Shown in pieces: positions 39,370 to 48,099 of a DNA stretch of 64,000 bases. Both the position numbers and the translations under genes were made by a program. The notes below the pieces were generated by a model. That model was not told where the DNA came from and did no database searches. It saw only the letters and a program-made list of their open reading frames with translations. Position 1 is the stretch's first letter, and every line of letters begins with the position of its first letter. The DNA is from a virus. The stretch spans positions 92,697 through 156,696 of IMG/VR virus record IMGVR_UViG_3300045738_002037; one strand, written 5' to 3'.

Positions 39370-39600
39370 CTAACTGCAATTCGGGCACTGTCTTGGAAAT
39401 TTATAAAAAAACTCTGGCGCAGCACTTCCACACTCATCGCACCAACTAGACCCACATCTCTGACAATGGTTCACGAAGTCCCGATGATATCCACAACCGA
39501 CACACTCTTCGCCATATATATCTATTATATTGTCTAACGGATTAACCTCATCCGGATCTTCCGTTATCATTCTAGCGATTTGTCTGGGATCAACAGTCAT
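39370..39600 (-). CDS. tag-family protein with 8-Cys zinc-finger payload
   Basis: Start ATG 39600 (MTVDPRQIARMITEDPD); CVGC..HCQRC..WCDEC..CPNC. Confidence 0.8.
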   Translation of the reverse strand: MTVDPRQIARMITEDPDEVNPLDNIIDIYGEECVGCGYHRDFVNHCQRCGSSWCDECGSAAPEFFYKFPRQCPNCS

Positions 39601-39604
39601 ACGG

Positions 39605-41263
39605 CTAGTCCGATTCATAAGGAGTGGGACGACGAATTCGATCAAGATCCTCTGGTTCCCAAAAATCTGGTCTATTTACCCAACTGTGGCTGCGCCTTGA
39701 AGCTGTTCTGGATGGCAGTCCCTTCGCCTTAGCACAATTTGGGCATTCGGTATGAACACCGTTTCCGTAATGATCATCAAAACTCAATCTCGTTTGCACC
39801 ACAGCATCCTTCGCGCAGTCACCGCACCACATTGTGTCGCAAAATTCGCAATATTGCCCAACACCCGATTCGCGAGTTAACCCTCCTTCAAACACCGGCG
39901 TCCCACATTTATTACATGGCCGACTGTCGCCGTAATGATCATCAAATTCATCGGCATCTTCAAGATCCGCATACTCATCATCTAACGGATTAACCTCATC
40001 CGGATCTTCCGTTATCATCTTAGCAATTTTATTGGGGTCGACGGCCATTTCATTATATTCTTCAGCACGCCACCTCGCCAAAGCTATTCTCTCCTGAGCG
40101 TACCCTCCCAGGTCCTGCACAGCATCCCATGCCTGACATTCATCGCAATCGCATGGACCCCATACGGGATGTTCCCCGTGGGGTCGATCAATTATATATT
40201 CATCTTCTATATTGTCTAACGGATTGACCTCATCCGGATCTTCCGATAGTAAAGACCCAGCTTTTCGATTTAGACTTTCTGTGTAGTTTTCACATTCCCA
40301 TTTTCCTTTATTGTCAAAGTGCCCACACATCTGAGGAATACACAAAACTGCTTCGACAAATTTTTCACCTACTTCTGGGCCATCCCATTTCCAACCAGTT
40401 CGAACTGCTGTCGCCAGCCAGCCATGACCGCGTTCATAAAATATGTGCAAGTTGCCGCTGAAAGATTTAAAATCTAAGCTTGGCCAACCCATGCGCTCCT
40501 CGCCCCATTCTTTGTTATGGAGTGTAGAACCGGGAGGACCTGCACACTCAACAACAATATGTAGGACGATCTCGCCTGCCCCACCTACCATTATTATCTC
40601 TTGGGGAACATCTCCTACATATTGGTGCCCAGGGAGACGATCTTCTGGAATTTCCCAAAAGTCGACTTGTACCCATCGACCATCACGGAAGATAGAAGAA
40701 TCTGAATCGGGTTTGACCTGAATAATGTACAACGTATTCAAGCAATTATCATAATCATTTTCTTCAAATTCATCGGCATCTTCAAGATTCGCATACTCAT
40801 CTGAGGACTCTAGTTGGGTGGGCCGTGGCGGAATATCTCCAGGTTGCCAGCTTTTATCACCCCTCGTTGGCAGATTGGGACAGCGTGGACAGGTAAGAAT
40901 GCGTTTACACCAATAGTGCCCGCGATTGGATAATGTTTGACGCCTGTCGTGGTATATTCTAAATGGAGGCTCTGTTGTCAAGCTAGGGTATCCCGGTCCT
41001 CCTATATCTTCTGGTGTTGACATACAATTTTCGCAATATGTGCTGCCACAATTCTCACACCGTAAGTTCAAATCTGTATACAGTAACGTCTCTCCGCGCC
41101 ACGCCACAGTGTACCACTCTTCACAATTCGAACACTGTGTTTTGTCTTTGTCATATTCAAATTCATCGGCATCTTCAAGATCCGAATATTCATCGTCCAA
41201 CGGATTGATCTCATCCGGATCTTCCGTTATCATCTTGGCAATTTTATTGGGGTCAACAGTCAT
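39605..41263 (-). CDS. four-module tag-family polyprotein
   Basis: 552 aa containing four full or partial tags, each followed by a different payload; modules 1 and 4 are 8-Cys zinc fingers. Confidence 0.85.
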   Translation of the reverse strand: MTVDPNKIAKMITEDPDEINPLDDEYSDLEDADEFEYDKDKTQCSNCEEWYTVAWRGETLLYTDLNLRCENCGSTYCENCMSTPEDIGGPGYPSLTTEPPFRIYHDRRQTLSNRGHYWCKRILTCPRCPNLPTRGDKSWQPGDIPPRPTQLESSDEYANLEDADEFEENDYDNCLNTLYIIQVKPDSDSSIFRDGRWVQVDFWEIPEDRLPGHQYVGDVPQEIIMVGGAGEIVLHIVVECAGPPGSTLHNKEWGEERMGWPSLDFKSFSGNLHIFYERGHGWLATAVRTGWKWDGPEVGEKFVEAVLCIPQMCGHFDNKGKWECENYTESLNRKAGSLLSEDPDEVNPLDNIEDEYIIDRPHGEHPVWGPCDCDECQAWDAVQDLGGYAQERIALARWRAEEYNEMAVDPNKIAKMITEDPDEVNPLDDEYADLEDADEFDDHYGDSRPCNKCGTPVFEGGLTRESGVGQYCEFCDTMWCGDCAKDAVVQTRLSFDDHYGNGVHTECPNCAKAKGLPSRTASRRSHSWVNRPDFWEPEDLDRIRRPTPYESD

Positions 41264-41356
41264 ATTATATCTTTGACAATGTTTTCAAACTAAATATACT
41301 TAGAATTTTCAAAATTAAAAATAAAATAATGCCCTAATCATAATATTGAAATAATT

Positions 41357-43459
41357 ATGGCTGATGAAATCAAAATACAAGGTCTTACGTCATTAAATTG
41401 TGATCTGGCTAAAAGACTACCAATAAATCCCGAAAACGGGGATGAAATATGCGATAGTTATGGCAATAGATATAGATTTAATGGCAAGACTAACACGTGG
41501 ATTTTTATTGGCGCTGTGCTTGTTCCGCCAACAGTTACAGAATCCATCGACGGTGTTATTACTCCAAAAATATTTGAAAAATTAAGGCATGTTGAAAATA
41601 TTCTGGCAAACGGCGTTGATTTTTCACAATTTAAAATATTTCCGGGTATAGAAGGTTATTGGTATTATTTTCGCAGCAGCGATAAATTAATAAAATTCGA
41701 TGTGGAAGGTGAGGATCAATTACGAATTGAAATTGATTCTGGAAGATTTCATCAGATAATAGCTAAAAGAAGTTGTAAAGGCCAATTTGGCGATAAAGGA
41801 ACGACCGGCGAAGATGGAGATCCGGGAGACAGTTCTCCATTAGAAAAATTTTATATTCCGTCTAATATAGATGAAGACAAGATTGATTTCGCGATCTTTA
41901 CCCCAAGCCCATTAGACACTCCAATATCACTCAGGTTAATAAAATGCGAAGACTCTAGCATTACCAACAATTGCGGTAGTGGCGAACTAATTAAAATTGT
42001 TAATGATGAATATCAAGCATTGCCAAAGAGTCAGACTGAATATTTTACAGAATTAATAAGAGATTTTAAATCTAGCGTTGACAATCGCACCATAGACCAA
42101 TTAGATAATCTTAAAAGATTCATTGCTGACAAATCATTGGGGTCATTTGCCGACGTAGATTTAAATATACCTTTAAGTAAAATAAGGTATATGGCAGAAG
42201 ATGATCCACGTTGCCGTGTTTCGACTACCGCAGAAGAACCAGATATAATAATATTAATAGATCCTAAAAACAATGTGCCGCCCACAGTAACAATAAAAGA
42301 AGAAGAATTTGAAATAGATGAAGAAAGAACATTTGCGGCATTAAAATATGACAAAGATATTGGCGTTCTAAGTGGAACGGTTTATTTAAAGAGGAAAACT
42401 TGGGTAGAACTCGGCAAATGGTGCATAAAATCCAAGCAAAAAGGTCCCGTAGGATCGGACGGCATAGACGGCCTTTGCACGCTTGAAATAATTAAAGACA
42501 CCATAGACCCTACAAGTATCTTCACTTTATGTCCTATTGTAAATGTTAGATATGATAATGATAAAGATATAATTTATACATTATGCAGTGACATTGGAAC
42601 TGCTACTTGCGCAGAATATATAATATTGGTGGCTGACTCAGCTGATACTACCAACGAAAATGCTATCAAAAGCAGATTTGCGGCTGTGATTCGTTCTCTT
42701 GATGAATGTAAAGATGTTACTGAATATAGAATATCATTTGAAGACGACGATATTCCAGCATTAACGTTTTCACATTGGGACCCACAACCCGGCTGCCAGA
42801 CTTCAAGACATTATGACAGGCATAAATTTGATTGGTTTGTTGACACAGAAAGCAGAATAAAAGAAGGGCAAGAAAAACCACAATGGTATAGCCCAACTGA
42901 ATGTTTAACGATTGACTATCCGCATAAGATCATCGCTGCGTCAAAACCAGAAGAACAATGCTGCACTGAAGAATTTTTTTATTGCCCAAATATTCAAGAA
43001 GCACCTGCCGAATGTGGAGAAGACGGCGAATTCACTATTGAAGTCAATACAACACCTCCGCCGACCACCACCACCACCACAACTACAACTGGCGCACCTT
43101 CGGGAGGGCAATTAGACATAGTAGCTTTTTGTCTTGCCAACGATGCAGCCTGCGCGCCCTATCCTTCGTGTACACCTGGTTCGATTATAGCAGATTGGGG
43201 TACGGCTGTTCCTGGGCAAAAGTGTTATGATGGTTTCATTTGGAACGTCACAAAAGATGAAGCTCATCGCAATCTTTTGGGCAATCTCCCCCCCGGCGGT
43301 TATAACCAAATTTTCTACGGGTCTTCCGCTATTACTGACAATGATGAATATCAAGTTAGAATGCGGTTTTATGATGGTTTATTGACACTGAGCAGTCCGC
43401 GCTCTTGCACTGGAAACCTGATTACCTACGGAGAAAGCAATATATTTTCATGTGAGTAG
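41357..43459 (+). CDS. probable virion structural protein (Cys-rich, short collagen-like Gly-X-Y stretches, poly-Thr linker)
   Basis: KGQFGDKGTTGEDGDPGDS, KGPVGSDGIDG, PPPTTTTTTTTT; N-terminal PINPENGD..YRFNGKTNTW. Confidence 0.6.
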   Translation: MADEIKIQGLTSLNCDLAKRLPINPENGDEICDSYGNRYRFNGKTNTWIFIGAVLVPPTVTESIDGVITPKIFEKLRHVENILANGVDFSQFKIFPGIEGYWYYFRSSDKLIKFDVEGEDQLRIEIDSGRFHQIIAKRSCKGQFGDKGTTGEDGDPGDSSPLEKFYIPSNIDEDKIDFAIFTPSPLDTPISLRLIKCEDSSITNNCGSGELIKIVNDEYQALPKSQTEYFTELIRDFKSSVDNRTIDQLDNLKRFIADKSLGSFADVDLNIPLSKIRYMAEDDPRCRVSTTAEEPDIIILIDPKNNVPPTVTIKEEEFEIDEERTFAALKYDKDIGVLSGTVYLKRKTWVELGKWCIKSKQKGPVGSDGIDGLCTLEIIKDTIDPTSIFTLCPIVNVRYDNDKDIIYTLCSDIGTATCAEYIILVADSADTTNENAIKSRFAAVIRSLDECKDVTEYRISFEDDDIPALTFSHWDPQPGCQTSRHYDRHKFDWFVDTESRIKEGQEKPQWYSPTECLTIDYPHKIIAASKPEEQCCTEEFFYCPNIQEAPAECGEDGEFTIEVNTTPPPTTTTTTTTTGAPSGGQLDIVAFCLANDAACAPYPSCTPGSIIADWGTAVPGQKCYDGFIWNVTKDEAHRNLLGNLPPGGYNQIFYGSSAITDNDEYQVRMRFYDGLLTLSSPRSCTGNLITYGESNIFSCE

Positions 43460-43538
43460 ATAAACCAGATGAATAACATTCGATTTCATCGATAAGAATA
43501 AATAATAGTGACCAGCTTTATTAACTAGGCGGCACTAT

Positions 43539-44951
43539 ATGATATCAATAATAATTTATTGCTATAATAATGAACACATTCAGCATACTATTGACGGTAT
43601 ACTGAACACTGTTCCAGAAGATTTATTGTCTGAGATTTTAATATGTAACGATGGCGCTGGCGAAATAAATAGCAAATTTGACCAATTAATTAATGATAAA
43701 AGAATCGGCCGCGCCAAATCGTGGAATAAAGCTATAAACAAAACATCGTCTGACACACTAATATTTATAAACCAATGTTCTAAATTTAGTGATAGCTGGG
43801 TATTCGATGTTATAAAAGAATTAGATGAAAACCCAAATTCGATTGTTTCACCTGCCGGGCACAAATTAAACACGCAATTGTGGTCTTCAAACGGCAATAA
43901 AGTAGAATCGTATAAAATAGATTGGGGTTTGACCCCAATTGAATCTAACTATGATGACACAGTATTGGCTAACCCAACTTGTTTTGCAATAAAAAAAGAT
44001 AGATTGTTGGAAATAGGAGGGTTTGACAATGGTATGGAGCACGGCGCTGGTGTTATAACCGACGCATCATTAAAAAACATTTTATTGGGCGGCAGCGTTA
44101 AAATATTAAAATCATGTAGTGTGTCATCTGAAAGTGTGCCGTACCAGCCAAATCATAAAAACACTATTGCAAACAATGCCAGAATTGCCGAAACATGGCT
44201 AGACGAATATGCATATAGATTTTATGATTTTATAGAAATCGATAAAAATACCATTGATACTGGCAGCATTGCTGTTTGTTTAGATTTAAAACAACAACAG
44301 CAATATGATATTAAATGGTTAATCTCAAAATATATTCCCGAATTAAGTGGAATTTACGACTTACAAAATATTGCCGACAATAAATCAATAGCAATAATAT
44401 GCGATGGTCCTTCAATAGATTATATTGACAAAAATTTAATATTCAGAAACCATTTAGTTATCGGCATTGATTATATGGGTTTACATTATGACTGCGATTA
44501 TGTCATAACATTGGCGGCTAATGTGGTCAATGATTTACTTGAAAAATATTCAAGTGACCAAATCATAGTTCCTAATATAATGTATTCTGGCAGCGGCATG
44601 TGTTTAGCTTCTCATATAGATGACGGCCTAATACAATTTAATATAGATGAAGAAGGATCATTGCCGGAGAAAATTCGCCCGCCTTTTTGCAATTTTAAAT
44701 CTCCGGTTCATTGTGCTGTTCATATTGCAGCATTTATGGGCGCTGATAATATAATGTTATATGGATTTGACAACAAAATTATCAATGATAAAAGTCATAC
44801 TACAAAAATAGAGTTTTACAATGATGGCCATTATTGGCCAAATAATGAAAACACATCTAAGATATTCACATTTTATGAACAAGGATTAGATTCACTAGGA
44901 AAATTGTTAATAAAAAACAATATTAAATTGTTGAGAATGAATTATGTCTGA
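43539..44951 (+). CDS. GT2-like glycosyltransferase fused to an MptE/DUF115-like domain
   Basis: ISIIIY, EILICNDG, IGGFDNG in the N-half; IICDGPSI, AAFMGADNIMLYGFD in the C-half. Confidence 0.75.
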   Translation: MISIIIYCYNNEHIQHTIDGILNTVPEDLLSEILICNDGAGEINSKFDQLINDKRIGRAKSWNKAINKTSSDTLIFINQCSKFSDSWVFDVIKELDENPNSIVSPAGHKLNTQLWSSNGNKVESYKIDWGLTPIESNYDDTVLANPTCFAIKKDRLLEIGGFDNGMEHGAGVITDASLKNILLGGSVKILKSCSVSSESVPYQPNHKNTIANNARIAETWLDEYAYRFYDFIEIDKNTIDTGSIAVCLDLKQQQQYDIKWLISKYIPELSGIYDLQNIADNKSIAIICDGPSIDYIDKNLIFRNHLVIGIDYMGLHYDCDYVITLAANVVNDLLEKYSSDQIIVPNIMYSGSGMCLASHIDDGLIQFNIDEEGSLPEKIRPPFCNFKSPVHCAVHIAAFMGADNIMLYGFDNKIINDKSHTTKIEFYNDGHYWPNNENTSKIFTFYEQGLDSLGKLLIKNNIKLLRMNYV

Positions 44952-45315
44952 GATTATGGCTATTAGTTTATTGGTGACGAGTATAATTGGGCTGGTAGTT
45001 TTAACAACTCATTGTGTTATCATAACAATTAATTTAAACAAAGTTTTAAAATTACTAAAGAAATGTAATAATAAAAAACGAATAAATAAAATAATAAATT
45101 TATTGGAAGAATGTGATGAACGAGGACAATTTACATCGCCACGACAAAAAACAAAATATTCAGGGGCAACTGCGTCATCAAGTGAAAAACAATTCGTCAA
45201 GACTAAAGAAGTTGATGAATTACCGCCAGAAGTCATCGCGCCAAGCCTCAAAAATCCCCCAAGACCAACTGGAGGCTTCGGGTCTAGAGTGGATAAAGAT
45301 AAACGTGATTCATAA
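44944..45315 (+). CDS. membrane-anchored hypothetical protein
   Basis: N-terminal hydrophobic helix; overlaps both neighbours. Confidence 0.6.
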   Translation: MSEIMAISLLVTSIIGLVVLTTHCVIITINLNKVLKLLKKCNNKKRINKIINLLEECDERGQFTSPRQKTKYSGATASSSEKQFVKTKEVDELPPEVIAPSLKNPPRPTGGFGSRVDKDKRDS

Positions 45316-46903
45316 TTTTAGTAAAAAAACCATAGTTGATGAGGAAGAGCTAAAATTAATAAATCCGGGCACAGGCAGCACTGGAAGAACAGCCCATAAA
45401 CCTGTTACTACAAAAAGAGCAAACAATTTAGAAATTCCGACAAAACCGGCGACTTCTATACCGCATAAAGATCATATAGTAAAACCTATAACCGCCAAAA
45501 ATATAATAATTACTTCTAAGACGTCTAAAAATACGTCAGAGACAGTTGAAAAACATAAAACTGACAAAACAGAATTAATTATTCCAACGCCGATTAAAGC
45601 GATTGAATTAGAAGCACTTGAATCTGTAATAATTACTACTACTTCTACTACAACCACAAAACCAACAACATATAACGAATTTAAAAAAGTAGAAAATTTA
45701 GAAATCAGAGAAGTTTCTGACAATGCAAAAAGAATTGCAGTTAGAAATGCAAGTGACAACTATGATTGTAAAGTATATAAACTAGGTGACGTTTTTACAG
45801 GTAGGAGAGTATTGATGACTAACATTGGCATAGACGTCGGCACTATGAACATCGTCATAGCTTATAAAAACAGCGAAGGCGAGGTTGATTATCTATCCGA
45901 AGTAAATGGGTATTGGATATTCGAAAGAGCCACGCCATTTATTGAAAATATGTTAAACGACGCAAATAAAGTTCGGTCAGACGGGACTGAGCGGTCTGCT
46001 AAATGGATCAAAATGCCGGAAACCAATCAAATATGCGTTCTTGGCAAAGATGCTGAAGAATTCGCATATGCTAAAAATGACACTCTTTTAAGACCTATGG
46101 CCGAAGGTGGGATCGCAGCTGAAGAAGAAGCCATGACAGTATTGGCCAGCATTGTCCAAGGTCTTCTTGAAATGGCCGAAAATGAAGTTGGTAAATTTGA
46201 TAAAGAAGTAAAAATTGTTTATTGCACAACTGCTCCGGCTATTAATAAAGAATCTAACATTGATTACCATAAACGAGTAGTTGATATTATTATCAGCGGA
46301 TATGAAACTACGTCTAATATTGACATGAATACTATTAAAGAATCGCATGCCATCGTGGTTAATGATAGTCCTGATGGAACCGGCATCGGAATTTCATGGG
46401 GCGCAGGCACCGTAACTGTTAGTTATGTAAAATATGGCATTGAAATTTATTCTTTTAGCTGGGTCGGAGCTGGAGATTGGATTGACACTCAAGTCGCAAT
46501 GCGCCATGGTTATAATCCTGAAGCTTTAAAAACTAGGAAAAAGACAGCTAAAGAAACCCCAACCACAGTTGCAAAAAGAAAACTGCAAATTGATCTTAGC
46601 CCAAATATTGAAGCTAAAGACCGAATCGAAATGGATATTAAATTGCATTATGATGTGTTGATCAACCAAGTTATTGACGGTATTGTGCAAGGTTTTACAG
46701 AGCATGAATCAGAAGCTCGCATTGATGAAGCTATCAACATTTACATGGCTGGCGGAACATCGTCTCCGAATGGATTCGAACAACGTGTGGCAATATTATT
46801 CGAAGAAAGAGATCCACCGTTTGAAATAGCAGAAGTTAATAAATCAGCTAAACCTTTATATGCAGTAGCTGAAGGATGTTTAAAAGCAGCAGAAATGTTC
46901 TAA
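45305..46903 (+). CDS. actin-fold (MreB/ParM-like) ATPase; core domain starts at ATG 45815, with an in-frame low-complexity extension from GTG 45305
   Basis: Phosphate-1 IGIDVGT, connect-1 ESHA, phosphate-2 ISWGAGTV, adenosine motif MAGGTS, connect-2 AVAEGC; AGGAGAG SD before 45815. Confidence 0.8.
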   Translation: MIHNFSKKTIVDEEELKLINPGTGSTGRTAHKPVTTKRANNLEIPTKPATSIPHKDHIVKPITAKNIIITSKTSKNTSETVEKHKTDKTELIIPTPIKAIELEALESVIITTTSTTTTKPTTYNEFKKVENLEIREVSDNAKRIAVRNASDNYDCKVYKLGDVFTGRRVLMTNIGIDVGTMNIVIAYKNSEGEVDYLSEVNGYWIFERATPFIENMLNDANKVRSDGTERSAKWIKMPETNQICVLGKDAEEFAYAKNDTLLRPMAEGGIAAEEEAMTVLASIVQGLLEMAENEVGKFDKEVKIVYCTTAPAINKESNIDYHKRVVDIIISGYETTSNIDMNTIKESHAIVVNDSPDGTGIGISWGAGTVTVSYVKYGIEIYSFSWVGAGDWIDTQVAMRHGYNPEALKTRKKTAKETPTTVAKRKLQIDLSPNIEAKDRIEMDIKLHYDVLINQVIDGIVQGFTEHESEARIDEAINIYMAGGTSSPNGFEQRVAILFEERDPPFEIAEVNKSAKPLYAVAEGCLKAAEMF

Positions 46904-47334
46904 TGCCAGATGACTTAAATATTATAGCAGTAAGTGGTGGTTTTGACCCCGTTCACGTTGGCCATCTTCGAATGTTTAAAGATGCTGCTAAATATGGCAA
47001 AGTTGTAGTAATAGCCAACAGCGATGATTGGCTTATGAGAAAGAAAAATCACGTCTTTATGCCATTTGAAGAAAGAAAAGAAATCATCGAAGCATTCGAA
47101 TGTGTCTATAAGGTTGAGCATGTAGATGATTCTGACGGTACTGTATGTGAAGCTCTTACCAGAATTAAACCAGCATTTTTCGCAAATGGCGGAGATAGAA
47201 AATCCGATAATGTTCCAGAAATTGCGTTGTGTAACAATTTAGGAATCAAACTGCTCTGGAATATTGGCGGCGATAAAATTCAAAGCAGCAGTGATTTAGT
47301 TAAACTAGCAGACAATAATGCGAAAGAAGCATGA
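46903..47334 (+). CDS. cytidylyltransferase/adenylyltransferase family (HIGH motif; TagD/RfaE-like)
   Basis: SGGFDPVHVGHL, NSDDWL.RKK, ERKEI, FANGGDR, KIQSSS; TAATG overlap with the upstream stop. Confidence 0.9.
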   Translation: MPDDLNIIAVSGGFDPVHVGHLRMFKDAAKYGKVVVIANSDDWLMRKKNHVFMPFEERKEIIEAFECVYKVEHVDDSDGTVCEALTRIKPAFFANGGDRKSDNVPEIALCNNLGIKLLWNIGGDKIQSSSDLVKLADNNAKEA

Positions 47335-47340
47335 ATCCAT

Positions 47341-48099
47341 ATGAAGTGTAGAGCATGTGGGCATGGCAAACTCAAAATTTTTCATGCTCAAGTGGAGAAA
47401 AATTCCCGCCCAGATCGGGAGACCAATTCATGGGATTGGCACAAATGCCAAAATTGTGGGTCTGACACGTCTACTGAACCTGACCCAGATGCCACCAAAA
47501 TATATGACGCAAATTATCCTAAAATTCGTTTAACTACGTTGGCCCAAACGTCGGATTTATTAAATACTCCTTTAGAAAACATTCGATCCGCAGTTGAATG
47601 GTCAATAACCGAATATACTACTAATGTTGATTATATAAATTCTGTTAGAGATTCTTTGCCAGACAATACAGTATTAGAAATTGGCAGTTGTGAAGGATCT
47701 GGAATAATAGCATTTGAACGCCAAGATTATGAAGCACATGGCTGGGATTTAATGCCCCCCAACATATGTGATAAATCTAAAGTTACAATTGGAAAATGTT
47801 TTTCAGCTGACCAAATGGGGAAACAATTTTCCATTGTGATATTGCGAGAAGTTATTGAACATGTGGCAGATTGGGAATCATTGTTAAAAGAAATACACGC
47901 TGTTTTATTGCCCGAAGGAGTATTGCAGGTCCAAACTCCTTTGCCATGTTCTAGACGTGACGCAACTCCATATCAACAAGATCATATTATAATATTTTCG
48001 GCCAATGAATTGCAAAGGCAACTGATCAAGCATAAATTTATCATACTTTCTTCCCTTTATTGGGAATGTGGCCAAATGGTAATGGTCAAAAAAATTTAG
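47341..48099 (+). CDS. class I SAM-dependent methyltransferase with N-terminal zinc ribbon
   Basis: CRAC..CQNC, VLEIGSCEG, EVIEHV, LLPEGVLQVQTP. Confidence 0.85.
   Translation: MKCRACGHGKLKIFHAQVEKNSRPDRETNSWDWHKCQNCGSDTSTEPDPDATKIYDANYPKIRLTTLAQTSDLLNTPLENIRSAVEWSITEYTTNVDYINSVRDSLPDNTVLEIGSCEGSGIIAFERQDYEAHGWDLMPPNICDKSKVTIGKCFSADQMGKQFSIVILREVIEHVADWESLLKEIHAVLLPEGVLQVQTPLPCSRRDATPYQQDHIIIFSANELQRQLIKHKFIILSSLYWECGQMVMVKKI

Noticed and set aside
32592-39645. ORF-track starts 32592, 32854, 33327, 39067, 39455 and 39645, and the antisense ORFs reading SSGSSVIILAICLGS
   Set aside because: The tag defines the true starts (32619, 32974, 33342, 39028, 39362, 39600). The antisense ORFs are simply the reverse complement of the tag.
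32619-41263. Tag repeats as a CRISPR array
   Set aside because: The repeats are in-frame coding, degenerate, separated by hundreds of bp of variable length and dispersed on both strands. No cas genes are present.
45113-45304. ORF-track start of the 596-aa actin-like ORF
   Set aside because: It overlaps the 44944..45315 gene by 200 bp. GTG 45305 or ATG 45815 (with SD) are more plausible.
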